A stretch of DNA of 64,000 nucleotides, taken from positions 1 through 64,000 of IMG/VR virus record IMGVR_UViG_3300045988_062648. One strand, written 5' to 3'. Origin of the DNA: a virus. A program made the position numbers and the translations under genes. Shown here in pieces: positions 27,534-38,677 of this stretch (positions within the stretch are counted from its first letter, which is position 1; each line of letters starts with the position of its first letter). The notes beneath the pieces are model-generated. The model was not told the origin of the DNA, made no database searches, and saw only the letters and a list, made by a program, of their open reading frames with translations.

Positions 27534-28251
27534 AATAGACAATGACTTTAATATTAGTGAAAGTGATTGGATACCTAGAGTTGCAGCATGGTGTATAGAT
27601 GCGCTAGGACAAATGAAATGTTTACCATATGAAAAGAAATGTAGAAAGTTAGAAGTTAAAGATAGAGAAGCGTATTATCCTTGTCCTATCAATATGAAAG
27701 AAATAAGAGTATTTGATAGTCGAGGATGTGAGATTGAACCTGCTAAAAATAGTGGTTGTTGTAAATGTAATTCAGGATTAGATGCTAGTAATAATCAAGT
27801 ATCTAATTCTGAAATTGCCGTTATAGATACTACTAATAAAAGTGGAGTGAATTTCATGCAAGTTGCTCAAGTTGTTCAAGGTAATTCAAATCGTAATTTT
27901 GTAATACAAGGTCAATGTATTGAATTAAATTTTGATACAGATTGTATAACTGTAGAAGCTCTTGAAGTAGCTACATACTATGATGAATATTATGATTGTG
28001 AAGTTCCTTATATTTATGATAATGCTCTTCTTCTTGAAGCTCTAGCTTGGTATGTGTTATTTAAATATCTTAGTAGAGGAAGTAAACATCCTGTATATAG
28101 TTTAACTAGTCCTAGTCCAGTAACTAATCCTTATATACAATGGAATACTCTTAGAGTTCGCGCAGCTGTTGCTGTTCGTAATGAAATGTTTAAAGCAGAA
28201 GGTTGGAGAAACTTCTTTTATAATAGTACGTTTGATCCTAGAAATAGTTAA
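27490..28251 (+). CDS. hypothetical Cys-containing tail-module protein
   Basis: Track start 27439 is TTG; first in-frame ATG 27490; contains SGCCKCNSG. Confidence 0.35.
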   Translation: MKVKNHIDVSRLIGKIDNDFNISESDWIPRVAAWCIDALGQMKCLPYEKKCRKLEVKDREAYYPCPINMKEIRVFDSRGCEIEPAKNSGCCKCNSGLDASNNQVSNSEIAVIDTTNKSGVNFMQVAQVVQGNSNRNFVIQGQCIELNFDTDCITVEALEVATYYDEYYDCEVPYIYDNALLLEALAWYVLFKYLSRGSKHPVYSLTSPSPVTNPYIQWNTLRVRAAVAVRNEMFKAEGWRNFFYNSTFDPRNS

Positions 28252-28254
28252 GCT

Positions 28255-31200
28255 ATGAATATTATACCAGAACTTAATCTAAATAAAACTCCTAATACTG
28301 TTAAAAATGGTAGTATTATTGGAGCTAAAAATATAGCTATAGATGATTCTGCTAGTTATATAACTAACGAGTATGGTTTTAAAGAAGAAATAGCTTTGAT
28401 TCATGCTAATGAAAAGATAGTTGGTTGTATTCCTTGTAATGAAGAAATAGTTATATTTACTTACGATGGAACTACTAGTAGAATATATAGAAAACCTGAT
28501 AATGGAAATATTGCAGAAATACCTACTAAATGGGAATGGAGTGGTGGTTTAATTGTTGGTGATTATACTTATAATTATAAACATCAACTTGTTATAACTG
28601 TTGGAGAATATGATGTTTCGGATAACATTAAAGTTCCTCTTAAAAGTTGGATACTTCCTGAAATAGGAGATGTAGAAGATACATATAAAGATTATAAAAT
28701 TTGTCCAGATATTCCTGCATATAATTGTAATTATAATATAAATAATTTTGGAGGTAATCTTGTATGTGGTCGTTATGTATATTTTATAAGGTTTAAAATA
28801 TATGATGAAACATATACTAATTGGTTTAATTTAACGGATGATATTTATATTGTAAATCTTATAGAAAAACAAAAACCTATAATAAATTATTTTGCTGGTA
28901 GTGCTGGAAGTTATGCTATAGAACAAGCCACAATGGATAACGGTAATACTACTATGGCTAACTTTTATGTACATGATGATGAAAATTTTAGCAACAAAAG
29001 TATATCTCTTAAAATAAACATAAAAGATAGTGTTTATGATGAATTTCAATTAGGTTATATATTTAAACGTGAAAGTGAAACTGTCGGACGTATTATAGGA
29101 AATTATGATATAAATACCAAAGAAATAGTTATTTCTACTAACTCATATATAGACGAAATATCCATAGATGATATACTTAAAAGACCTAATCAATTTTATA
29201 ATGTGCATAATGTAAAAACATATAATAATAGAATTTATATTGGTAATTATGAAGAAGAAGATATAGAAGATTTACAATCTTATGCTAATAATGTTCAACT
29301 TGGATATAATACAATTAATGCTAATAACATTTATCCTAACGGTATTATAAATGAAGGTGGAGATGATCCTGATCCAGATCCTGATCCAGATCCTGAACCT
29401 GAACCTGGAACTAATAAATATAATATTACTTTTAATATTGGTTTTGATAGTCTTACAACAATTTTAGCTAATAATGTTTCTTATTATGAAGATGGAGGTA
29501 ATATTTATATAAGTAATCCAGGCGAGTTTATAAGAGATTATTTTCTTAAAAATATATCTGTTCATAATACTGTTATTGACGCTAATCAAATTATTAATCA
29601 ATCTTATGATGTAAATCAAGATGGACGTAATTATCATTTTAGTTACGGTATTCAAGTAGGAACAGGTACAGCACATAATGTGTGGTTATATGATACAGAT
29701 TATGCCGATAATTATTTAACAGGTGGAAGTAGTACATATAAAATTCGTATTAATTCAGATAATAGTATAACTTTTATAAAAGACAATGAAGAATATACTA
29801 TTGATAAAACTCAAGAAAATGTAGGCATATTTATTTTATGTACATATAGAATAGATGAAGGTGAATTTCAATATGCTTATATTGTAAGTAATAAAGATTT
29901 TCATACTGTTGTTGCTTATCCTAATGCCAAATATGATATTAAATTTTGGGCTACAGTTGAAGTTGTAACTCCTCCAGCTTCTAGAAATATAGAAGTTTAT
30001 GCAGATAATGTTACAGATTCTACTCCTAATTATTTTAATAAAACTCTTGTACCAAGACAAGTATATAATTTTTTTATTCATTTTATAAGAAAGAATGGAA
30101 CTTATACAAATGGATATAAAATAAATAGTGAAATAAATAATATAGCCGATAATGATTTTATAGCTTATAAAGATGATAACAATAATATAGTAGGATATTA
30201 TGCTTATGCTGTTAGAAACACAAGTATGCCTACTGAAGAAACTATTAGTGCTTATTATTATAAAAAGATAATTGCTCCTAAGTTTTATCTTGATAGTCTT
30301 CCTAATAATTTTATTGGTTATTTTATAACTTATGAAGCTGTAGAAAATGAAGTATTTACAGCATATTGTATGAAACACAATTCCGATTATAATAATAAAC
30401 GTTGGAATAGTAGTGCTTATCTTTATAATCTTAAAAGCATTAGAGGAGCTAATTTTAATTATATAAGTGATATAAATATAGCAAATAATCAAATAGAAGA
30501 TTTAGAAAATGTAAATAGAAACGATATTGAAAAACATTTTCTACTAGAAAATAGTACGTGGAATGGTATATTTAATACAGATGAACCTTATATATTTACA
30601 ATAGATAATAAGTATATTTATCAAAAGAAGTTTAAAACTTTATATAGACTAACTCAAAATATATATAAAAACTTTAATGAAGATAGTTATAATCAAACAA
30701 TGTATCTTCCAGCTTTTTATAATAGAGAAATAATACTTTATTATAGTCAAAAAGTTATTGGAAATATAACTGGAGATAAATATGTTAATGAACAAGGTTC
30801 TGCTGTAGCATTTAAAATATATCTTAATAATTTATATAATTATAGTGTTTATCCATATTTTGCTTTATCTATTAAACAAGATTATGAGCAAGCTATGGTT
30901 AATTTTGTTGATTATGAAGCTGAAAATGTCAACGACCAAGAAAAAGGTTTATATTATAATGATGGTATAATGCCAGGTAAAATAAAAGATTTTCTTGAAC
31001 TTAAGGCTTGTTATACAGCAGTACCTATAGAAATATATACAAATTACAGTACCACAAATATTGATACGTTTCCTAAAACTATATATCGTAGTGATACTTA
31101 TAGCGATGAAAATTTAAATAATGCTTTTAGAGAATATCAAACAGATAATTATAAAAATATTACAGAAAATAAAGGAAGCGTTACAAATATAGTTCCAATT

Positions 31201-32208
31201 AGCCTTAATCTTCTTATTCATACAGAATACAGTTTATTTGTATTTGATAGAAGTCCTAGACTTACAAGTCTTACTAAAACTGATATTCCTGATACGTTTG
31301 ATGTACAATATCAAGAATTACTTAATAAAAGTTATGGTGGACTTAAAGATAGACGTCAATCTATAATAACTAATTTTGGTTATATATGGTATGATATTGT
31401 AAATGATATTATATTTAGATTTGATGAAGGTAAAATTAATATTCTTAGTGCTCCAATTAATACTTTCCTAAAACAATTACAAGTAAATGATGTTAGATTT
31501 GCATTTGATAGTTTTAGAAATAGACTTATAATAAGTTTATTTACTGATACTTATGGTGTTGTTACTTTAAGTTATAATTTTAATACTGAAACTTTTATAA
31601 GTGTTCATGATTATTATTTAACTGAATGTTTTAGAACAGCTACCAAGGATTATATATTTAATGATATAAAATCAAATAATAAATTATATATTTATGATAG
31701 TGATGAATTTGATTATAAAGAATTAACTGATAAAAGTAATACTTTATTTGATAACTATACTACTAATAATAAACAAGATAGATATATAGATTTAATATAT
31801 AATAGTAATTATGAACTTCCCAAAGTTGTAGAAAGTATAAGTTATAATTTGTCTAATATACTAAATAATTTTGATTTAAATATAATTAGAAATACAGTAG
31901 AAGAAAATCTTAATCGAAGATTTAGTGGAGATAGATTATATGTTTATACTGATGAAACTTGTACAGGAGAACTTAATATAAATTGTGATGATGGGCATAA
32001 TAAATTAAATAATTATAAATATCCTTATTGGGATAAAGGTAAATGGAATTTCAATTATTTCCGTAATACTGTTGCAACTACTACTAAGCCAACTAATAGT
32101 GATAATCAATCGGTAATATACGGAAAATATTTTGTAATTCGATTTATATTTAATAATGATAGAAGATTTAAACTTGAAAATGTAGAACCTAAAATAAATA
32201 TATATTAA
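28255..32208 (+). CDS. large tail protein (muzzle/tail-spike-like)
   Basis: 1317 aa, Asn/Tyr-rich beta-type composition, internal DDPDPDPDPDPEPEPG linker encoded by hexanucleotide repeat at 29364-29406. Confidence 0.4.
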   Translation: MNIIPELNLNKTPNTVKNGSIIGAKNIAIDDSASYITNEYGFKEEIALIHANEKIVGCIPCNEEIVIFTYDGTTSRIYRKPDNGNIAEIPTKWEWSGGLIVGDYTYNYKHQLVITVGEYDVSDNIKVPLKSWILPEIGDVEDTYKDYKICPDIPAYNCNYNINNFGGNLVCGRYVYFIRFKIYDETYTNWFNLTDDIYIVNLIEKQKPIINYFAGSAGSYAIEQATMDNGNTTMANFYVHDDENFSNKSISLKINIKDSVYDEFQLGYIFKRESETVGRIIGNYDINTKEIVISTNSYIDEISIDDILKRPNQFYNVHNVKTYNNRIYIGNYEEEDIEDLQSYANNVQLGYNTINANNIYPNGIINEGGDDPDPDPDPDPEPEPGTNKYNITFNIGFDSLTTILANNVSYYEDGGNIYISNPGEFIRDYFLKNISVHNTVIDANQIINQSYDVNQDGRNYHFSYGIQVGTGTAHNVWLYDTDYADNYLTGGSSTYKIRINSDNSITFIKDNEEYTIDKTQENVGIFILCTYRIDEGEFQYAYIVSNKDFHTVVAYPNAKYDIKFWATVEVVTPPASRNIEVYADNVTDSTPNYFNKTLVPRQVYNFFIHFIRKNGTYTNGYKINSEINNIADNDFIAYKDDNNNIVGYYAYAVRNTSMPTEETISAYYYKKIIAPKFYLDSLPNNFIGYFITYEAVENEVFTAYCMKHNSDYNNKRWNSSAYLYNLKSIRGANFNYISDINIANNQIEDLENVNRNDIEKHFLLENSTWNGIFNTDEPYIFTIDNKYIYQKKFKTLYRLTQNIYKNFNEDSYNQTMYLPAFYNREIILYYSQKVIGNITGDKYVNEQGSAVAFKIYLNNLYNYSVYPYFALSIKQDYEQAMVNFVDYEAENVNDQEKGLYYNDGIMPGKIKDFLELKACYTAVPIEIYTNYSTTNIDTFPKTIYRSDTYSDENLNNAFREYQTDNYKNITENKGSVTNIVPISLNLLIHTEYSLFVFDRSPRLTSLTKTDIPDTFDVQYQELLNKSYGGLKDRRQSIITNFGYIWYDIVNDIIFRFDEGKINILSAPINTFLKQLQVNDVRFAFDSFRNRLIISLFTDTYGVVTLSYNFNTETFISVHDYYLTECFRTATKDYIFNDIKSNNKLYIYDSDEFDYKELTDKSNTLFDNYTTNNKQDRYIDLIYNSNYELPKVVESISYNLSNILNNFDLNIIRNTVEENLNRRFSGDRLYVYTDETCTGELNINCDDGHNKLNNYKYPYWDKGKWNFNYFRNTVATTTKPTNSDNQSVIYGKYFVIRFIFNNDRRFKLENVEPKINIY

Positions 32209-32209
32209 T

Positions 32210-35200
32210 ATGAGTAATCGTAGAAGTCTTAAATGTGGTGGTAGACAAAAACTTGCTTGTGGTGGTAGACGTAAAGCATCGACTGGACTAGCAATAGGAT
32301 TGTCAGCTCTTAATAGTTTAGGAAGTATGATTGGTGGAATAGTATCTGCTAATGCTCAACGCAAAGCTATACAAGAATATAATGACCAACAAAGAGTAAA
32401 TAATCAAATAGCAAGTTCTAATAATTTAGCTGCTTCTGTAAATAGAAATATAGCTAGCAATAGAAATCTAAATAATTTTAATTTAGATGAATATATTGTT
32501 TATAAATACGGAGGCAAAACTCGTCCTAAGTGTAGTTTTGGAACTGTATTCGCTAATATAACTAAAGGTATTAACACATTTGCTCCTTTAGCAACTTCTT
32601 TAGCTGCTGCTGGAAGTACTGCCCCTACAAGTATTGGTACGTCTCTTCAACAAGATCTTATAAATAATGCTACTGATGCTAATATATTACGTCAAGCTGC
32701 CACACAAACATTTAAATGTGGTGGTCGTAAGAAAGCTCGTAGCGGTATAGCTAGAAGACTTGAAAGTCCTTATATTACAGATGGAGGAGTAGCTATTCCT
32801 CTTGGCAACGGATTATCTCTTCTACGGGGGGCGACACATGAGGACATCAATGAAACAGGTCAGACCGGTATTGGTATTAATACAGGTAAAGGAGAGATAG
32901 AAGCTGAAAATGGAGAAGTAATACAAAATACTGGTAAAGAACTTCGTATTTTTAGTGACCAACCAATATTTAATGGTATTAGCCCTGCTGATGCAGTTCA
33001 AGCTGGTTATAATCCTAATCGAGTATTTAATGCTCAAGAAAGAGTTAAAAGCAGACTTGGTATTAAAAATCCTAGTAAGAAAGCTCCTTGGGGAGATAAT
33101 GTAGATATACAAGAGTCAGATGCTACTAGAACTTATGCTACTCCATTTAATGAACGTGGACGTAGAACTTCTTATGCTGATAGTTATCAAGGATGGTTTG
33201 ATCCAGTTAGTTATCTTACTGGTAGTGCATTTACTATTGCAGATTATTATTCTACTAGACGTAGAGGTGAAACTCCTGAAGAATGGGCTGAGCGTCAAGC
33301 AGTAGAAGCACAATATCGTTCTACAGGTTATGCACCTAATGTTGGCTTTCGGGGAGGAATGGGTAGAAATGCAGTACAACGTGCAGCTACTACTAGATAT
33401 GCTAATCAAGTTAGAGGACAACAAATTAGACAAACAGGTAGATATAATAGAAATCAATTACTTTCTCAACAACTTGGAGAAGCAGCTCAAGCTAGAACTG
33501 CACAAGGTGCTAGACAAATTTCTAATAAAATACGAGTTAAAAGAGCAGGACAAGAATGGACTAATGCTGCTGAAACTCCTTATGCTCCTTATGCTGGTGC
33601 TGCTGAGAGCCGTGGTGTTGCTTATCCGTATGAGAATGCAGTTGGTACATTAAATCTACCTAATGCTAGAGCTGAACGTATTAGAACTTCTATTAATAGA
33701 AGAATACAAAATGCTAAAAATAGAATAAATCAACGTAGACAAAATAATACAAATAACAATAATACTAATAACACAGAAACTAATAATTCTAATAATCAAA
33801 ATGAAAGTTGGATTAGAAGAACTAGTCGTAAAGCAGCAAATACAGCTAAGACTTATGGTAAATATGGAGCTATGGGAGTTGGAGTAGGTGGACTTATTAC
33901 AGGTGCTATAGCTCTTGGAAATAGAGAAAGTATTAATACAGCAGGTACTAATAGAAATTCTAATAATCAACAAGCTGCTAGACGTAATACTTCTTCTCAG
34001 CAAAATAATAATCAACAAGCTGCTAAACCTACTAGAAGTCTTAAAGATATAGCTCGAGAAACAAATGCTGTTGTTAATCAAGACTTTTTATCTCTTAATC
34101 AACGTAATTTAATATATGGTGCTATTAATGTAGGAAATAAAAGAAATAATAATTCTAAAAAATCTCGTGGTAATAGAACTACTAGAGCTAACAGAAATAC
34201 ATCTAAACGAAATACAACTTCACGTAGAAGTCTTAAAGATATTGCTCGTTTTACTATTCCTAATTATATTCCTACTCCTACTAGAACTACTATAAGACGT
34301 GCTCAATCTGTTTATGATTTAGGTTTAACTAATGAACAAATAGATAGACTTAAAGAAGAAATTACTCAAATTCCATCTAGACCTAGAAAACGTTTTAGTG
34401 GACGTAGCACTACAACCCCCGTAGAAAGGATTGGTAGACCTAGATTTGTTATTGGAGGTTCTAATGCTTATGATTATACTAATCAATTTCTTAATAGTAT
34501 AGCTCCTGCTAGAGTAGTGGATAATAGACCTATTTGGCAAAGAAGTAATTTTAGTCTTCCACAAGTAGCTAATCAAATTACAGGACAATCTGCAAACAAT
34601 ACATCAGTAACATCTACAAATACAAATACTTCACCTACATTTAATGTTAGAAGTAATAATCTTGGAATGGATATAACTGGTAGAGATTGGATTGGTTTGG
34701 GTACTGATATACTTGGTAGTCTTGGTGTTGGTTTATTTAATGCTAATTCTTTAAAAGGGTTAGATGTTAATTATACTATTCCGCAATATGTAGATGAAAC
34801 TCCTGTAGCATTTGATACTACTTGGCATAATGGAGCACAGCGTGCTAATGTAGAACGTAATCGTATTAATGCTCGTAATATAATTGGACGTAATACAGCT
34901 TCAGCTAATACAGCGGTTCAACGTATGCAACAAAGTGATACTGACGCTATGATGCAACAGAATGTTCTTTGGGACGAAAAAGCTAATAAAGAAGCTGAAC
35001 TTAGAAATACTGCTGCTGCAAATGAACAACAAGTTCGTGCTAGAAATGCTGCTGCTAGAAATGCTTATTATCAGAATGTTGCACAAATACGAAATGCTGA
35101 ACAAGATGCTAGAAATAATATTAGACTTGCACAAGCTAATGCGATAAGTGGAAGTCTTGCAGGTTTAGGTCAAGCTGCATCTAACTTCTTAACTTCTGCT

Positions 35201-35449
35201 GGTCAACGTTATGAAGATAATAATGCTCTTAGAGCTTATATAGCAAGTAGTGATGAAGGAACACTTGGAAGATTACTTTCTGCTGGAGTTCAAATAAATC
35301 CTGATATACTTGCCGGTTTGTATAATTATGAAGTACAAAGACCAAATGCTAATAGTAAAGAAAGCAAAGAACGTCGAAGTATAATGCTGAATAATTTAAT
35401 TAGAAATAGAGGTTACAGACGACAAGCTAGAGGATTAGGTTTAATCTAA
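32210..35449 (+). CDS. highly basic low-complexity virion protein (possible ejected cargo / nucleic-acid-binding protein)
   Basis: 1079 aa rich in R/N/Q/T/A; three KCGGR(Q/R/K)K knuckle-like repeats holding its only Cys; SLKDIAR internal repeat; contains two dispersed-motif copies. Confidence 0.4.
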   Translation: MSNRRSLKCGGRQKLACGGRRKASTGLAIGLSALNSLGSMIGGIVSANAQRKAIQEYNDQQRVNNQIASSNNLAASVNRNIASNRNLNNFNLDEYIVYKYGGKTRPKCSFGTVFANITKGINTFAPLATSLAAAGSTAPTSIGTSLQQDLINNATDANILRQAATQTFKCGGRKKARSGIARRLESPYITDGGVAIPLGNGLSLLRGATHEDINETGQTGIGINTGKGEIEAENGEVIQNTGKELRIFSDQPIFNGISPADAVQAGYNPNRVFNAQERVKSRLGIKNPSKKAPWGDNVDIQESDATRTYATPFNERGRRTSYADSYQGWFDPVSYLTGSAFTIADYYSTRRRGETPEEWAERQAVEAQYRSTGYAPNVGFRGGMGRNAVQRAATTRYANQVRGQQIRQTGRYNRNQLLSQQLGEAAQARTAQGARQISNKIRVKRAGQEWTNAAETPYAPYAGAAESRGVAYPYENAVGTLNLPNARAERIRTSINRRIQNAKNRINQRRQNNTNNNNTNNTETNNSNNQNESWIRRTSRKAANTAKTYGKYGAMGVGVGGLITGAIALGNRESINTAGTNRNSNNQQAARRNTSSQQNNNQQAAKPTRSLKDIARETNAVVNQDFLSLNQRNLIYGAINVGNKRNNNSKKSRGNRTTRANRNTSKRNTTSRRSLKDIARFTIPNYIPTPTRTTIRRAQSVYDLGLTNEQIDRLKEEITQIPSRPRKRFSGRSTTTPVERIGRPRFVIGGSNAYDYTNQFLNSIAPARVVDNRPIWQRSNFSLPQVANQITGQSANNTSVTSTNTNTSPTFNVRSNNLGMDITGRDWIGLGTDILGSLGVGLFNANSLKGLDVNYTIPQYVDETPVAFDTTWHNGAQRANVERNRINARNIIGRNTASANTAVQRMQQSDTDAMMQQNVLWDEKANKEAELRNTAAANEQQVRARNAAARNAYYQNVAQIRNAEQDARNNIRLAQANAISGSLAGLGQAASNFLTSAGQRYEDNNALRAYIASSDEGTLGRLLSAGVQINPDILAGLYNYEVQRPNANSKESKERRSIMLNNLIRNRGYRRQARGLGLI
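32815..32840 (+). repeat. dispersed motif copy (forward, subtype B): tctcttctacggggggcgacacatga
   Basis: inside CDS 32210-35449, translated LSLLRGAT. Confidence 0.75.
34407..34431 (-). repeat. dispersed motif copy (reverse): gcactacaacccccgtagaaaggat
   Basis: inside CDS 32210-35449, translated STTTPVER; shares GCACTACAACCCCC with copy at 52642. Confidence 0.7.
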
Positions 35450-35530
35450 TGTTAGTAAAATAAAAATTCCTTTGATAATAACGATGTTATCAAAGGAATT
35501 ACTTATATTTGTAAATAAATAAGTATAGTT

Positions 35531-36718
35531 ATGCCAATTAAAAATAATTATAATAGTGTCAATTTAGGTTTTTATAATGTTCCTCAAAGAGAACCTATAA
35601 GAATGAACCTAGATGCTTTTAGTAAATCTATTGATAAGATAGATGAAAAGAATCAAAAAGCACTTCAACAACGTACTGCTATAGATGTAGCATTAAGTCA
35701 AGTAGAACTTGATTCTAGTGAAGATGAATGGAAATTTAATTATGCTCAACGTATTCGTGACCAAATAGATGCACAAGCCGAATTTGGAGATTATAGTAGA
35801 GCACTTAATACAGCTACTATGTTAGCTGGTACAGCTGTATCTAGTCCTGAACTTATTGGCAGACAACGTGCTCATAAAGATAGAGAAGAAGCATGGAGTA
35901 AAGTACAAAGTAGAAACGATATTGACGAAGATACTAAACGTGCTTGGAATCTTACAAATAAATATTATTATAAAGATAATTATAATGATAAAGGAGATAT
36001 AATAGGAGGAACGAAATGGCAATCTAGTTGGACACCTGTTGCTCACGTAGATGTTGTTCCAGAATTAGCTAAAGCTGTTTCTCTTATTGCTGCTGAAAAA
36101 GCTGGGAGTTCTAGTACTACTGGTGGTACTACAGTGAAAGAAGATGGTACTAGTACTGGAGGACAACAATCTAGTTCAAGCAGTTATCAAAGACTTACAG
36201 CTGATAGAATAAATAAACAACTTAAAGATTATATAGAAAGTAATCCTCAGCTTAAAGCAAGTATTCTTCAAGAGTATAATGTAAATAAAATACTTCTTAA
36301 AGATGCAAAACAAAAACTTACTAATTCTACTGATCCTGAAGAAGCACAAGCATTAAGAGATGAAATTGCCATGCGAGAAGGTAATATTACTAATCATAAT
36401 GGTATTAACACAGGAGATTATATGACTCTTATTTATAAAAAATATGGTAATATAATTAATAATTTTGCTTATAATTGGACTGAAAGTAGTTCTACAAATA
36501 TAAGTAATACTGATAAGTACGTAAAAGGAGCAGGTAATGGAGTTGCTCTTTCCTATAATCCTAATACTCGTGAATATACTGTTCAAGCTACAAGTATGGG
36601 ACAAGGTGTTGAACAAATTGGGCAACAACTACTTCCTATAGCTCAATCATTAAATAATACTAATCAAGGTTTAGATGCACTTTTAAATGATATTCCTTGG
36701 GCTGCACCTATTAATTAA
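35531..36718 (+). CDS. hypothetical virion protein
   Basis: 395-aa ORF between cargo-like genes. Confidence 0.4.
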   Translation: MPIKNNYNSVNLGFYNVPQREPIRMNLDAFSKSIDKIDEKNQKALQQRTAIDVALSQVELDSSEDEWKFNYAQRIRDQIDAQAEFGDYSRALNTATMLAGTAVSSPELIGRQRAHKDREEAWSKVQSRNDIDEDTKRAWNLTNKYYYKDNYNDKGDIIGGTKWQSSWTPVAHVDVVPELAKAVSLIAAEKAGSSSTTGGTTVKEDGTSTGGQQSSSSSYQRLTADRINKQLKDYIESNPQLKASILQEYNVNKILLKDAKQKLTNSTDPEEAQALRDEIAMREGNITNHNGINTGDYMTLIYKKYGNIINNFAYNWTESSSTNISNTDKYVKGAGNGVALSYNPNTREYTVQATSMGQGVEQIGQQLLPIAQSLNNTNQGLDALLNDIPWAAPIN

Positions 36719-36739
36719 TAATAACTAAACAATAATATT

Positions 36740-38677
36740 ATGTTACCATTTAACCAAATAGATAGAAGTAAAATTGAACAATATAGAGATAATTTTGATT
36801 ATAATGGTCTAGCAGATTATCTCTCACAATTTTATGTAGAAGATGCACAAAGACAAAAAGAATATTTAGATTATATTCGTCAATATAGAAGTCAAGGTAA
36901 TAAATTCAAAGGAATAATGGATAGAGCTAATGATGACCAAAAGCAAGCTATTCAATTTCAAATGGGTTTACAAAATAATAGACTACCTAAAACTTTTATT
37001 AATAGTCTAGGTCAAGAACAAGAGAATAGATTTACTAAAGATTATGTTAGTAAACTAAATAATATGGGAGGTGAAGATAGTACTACTCTTGAGTTTATGC
37101 TTGAGGGTAAGACTGTTGAAACTAAAGGTTTATTTGGTATTAATTGGTGGAAAGGTAATGACATTCAATATAAAGATAGTGGATTTGATTTATTTAGTAA
37201 AGGTACAGGATATACAGAACAAGACCTTATGAATATGGGAGTACAAGTTACTCACAAAGATGGTCAAACTATTCTTACTGTGGCTAAAGATAATCCTAAT
37301 ATTGCTAATATTTTTATGGGTATGCAATACGTTAATACTAATAGAAGTACAGACGATATTAGAAATCCTATGGATGCTAATCAAGAAGGAGAAGCTAGAT
37401 ATAAAGTTCGTGGTCTTGATGCAGATGGTAACCCAGTTCAAGTTGGAGCTTCAATAGATTTTACTCCAGATAATACTATAGCAGCTACAAGAAATTCTGA
37501 TAGTATTCCAGGTTTTCTTTATAATACTGTAGTTGGTACAGGTGAAGCAATTGGTAGAACACTACGACAAGTAGCTGGTGGTATTGGAGACATATTTAGT
37601 TCTAATCAAAGAGATTGGGAAGAAGATCAATTTAATAATCCAAAGAATATTTACACATACGATACTAATACTAATCCATATACTACACTTCGTGAAGCTC
37701 AAAGTATTTATAATAATTTTATGAATTCTGATGTTGATAATACTCAAGTATCTTATGAAATAACTGGTTTAGCTGTTAATGGAGCTGCTAGAGCACAATT
37801 AGAACAACGAAGACAAGCTGGTCTTATTAGTAATGAAGATTATCAAAAAGCTCTTAATAACCTTAATGATAGTTATAAATTAGCTCTTAATCAGTCTCTT
37901 CATAATTATAGAGTATGGTCTAATATAGATAATGACGATAGTGATGACCAAGCACTTTATGAACTCAATACAGAACAAAGAGTAGATGCAGCAGAACAAT
38001 TACATCTTGATATTAATCGTGATGATGCTGTATTTATGCACGCAATGATGGGCAATAAAGTAGGTACAATGATTGTTATTCCTGGTCAAAAGAATAAAGA
38101 TGGAACAGTTAAAGAAAATACTGAACGTCGTTATTTTATTGAAGACTTTATGAAAGATGAAGCAGAAGCTGCATTTAGACGAGATACTAAAACTCGTGCT
38201 CAAATGGAACTTTCAGATATGCAAACATATAAATACAATTATGATATACCTGAAGTTGGAACTATTAAAAATGTAAATGGAGCTAGTGCAGTTCTTGAAC
38301 ATCAAGATGGAAGTGAACAACTTATAGATAGACAAACAGCTCTTGATTATCTTAATAGAGCTATGATATATCAAGACGCAATAGACATGGCTAATCAAAA
38401 CTATTGGTACGATAATGGTGTTAGCAGAGATTATACTAATCTTAAAAATGATGTTAATACTTGGTCGCAACTTAGTATGGCTGAAATATATCCTACAGCA
38501 TGGCAAAGATATATAGAAGCATTACAAAGAGCTGGAGTTAGAACACCAAATCTTGATGATAATACTCCACTTGATGAACAAGGAGAAAATGATAGACTTT
38601 ATCTTAGAACTCTTAAAAATCAAATGGCAGCTTATATTCTTCGTTCTGTAGGTTATAACTTTAATAATGTTGAATAA
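36740..38677 (+). CDS. hypothetical virion protein
   Basis: 645-aa ORF; its TAA stop overlaps the ATG of the next giant ORF (TAATG). Confidence 0.4.
   Translation: MLPFNQIDRSKIEQYRDNFDYNGLADYLSQFYVEDAQRQKEYLDYIRQYRSQGNKFKGIMDRANDDQKQAIQFQMGLQNNRLPKTFINSLGQEQENRFTKDYVSKLNNMGGEDSTTLEFMLEGKTVETKGLFGINWWKGNDIQYKDSGFDLFSKGTGYTEQDLMNMGVQVTHKDGQTILTVAKDNPNIANIFMGMQYVNTNRSTDDIRNPMDANQEGEARYKVRGLDADGNPVQVGASIDFTPDNTIAATRNSDSIPGFLYNTVVGTGEAIGRTLRQVAGGIGDIFSSNQRDWEEDQFNNPKNIYTYDTNTNPYTTLREAQSIYNNFMNSDVDNTQVSYEITGLAVNGAARAQLEQRRQAGLISNEDYQKALNNLNDSYKLALNQSLHNYRVWSNIDNDDSDDQALYELNTEQRVDAAEQLHLDINRDDAVFMHAMMGNKVGTMIVIPGQKNKDGTVKENTERRYFIEDFMKDEAEAAFRRDTKTRAQMELSDMQTYKYNYDIPEVGTIKNVNGASAVLEHQDGSEQLIDRQTALDYLNRAMIYQDAIDMANQNYWYDNGVSRDYTNLKNDVNTWSQLSMAEIYPTAWQRYIEALQRAGVRTPNLDDNTPLDEQGENDRLYLRTLKNQMAAYILRSVGYNFNNVE

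Noticed and set aside
21629-32208. Diversity-generating retroelement targeting the fibre genes
   Set aside because: No reverse-transcriptase-like ORF and no template/variable repeat pair were found in the window.
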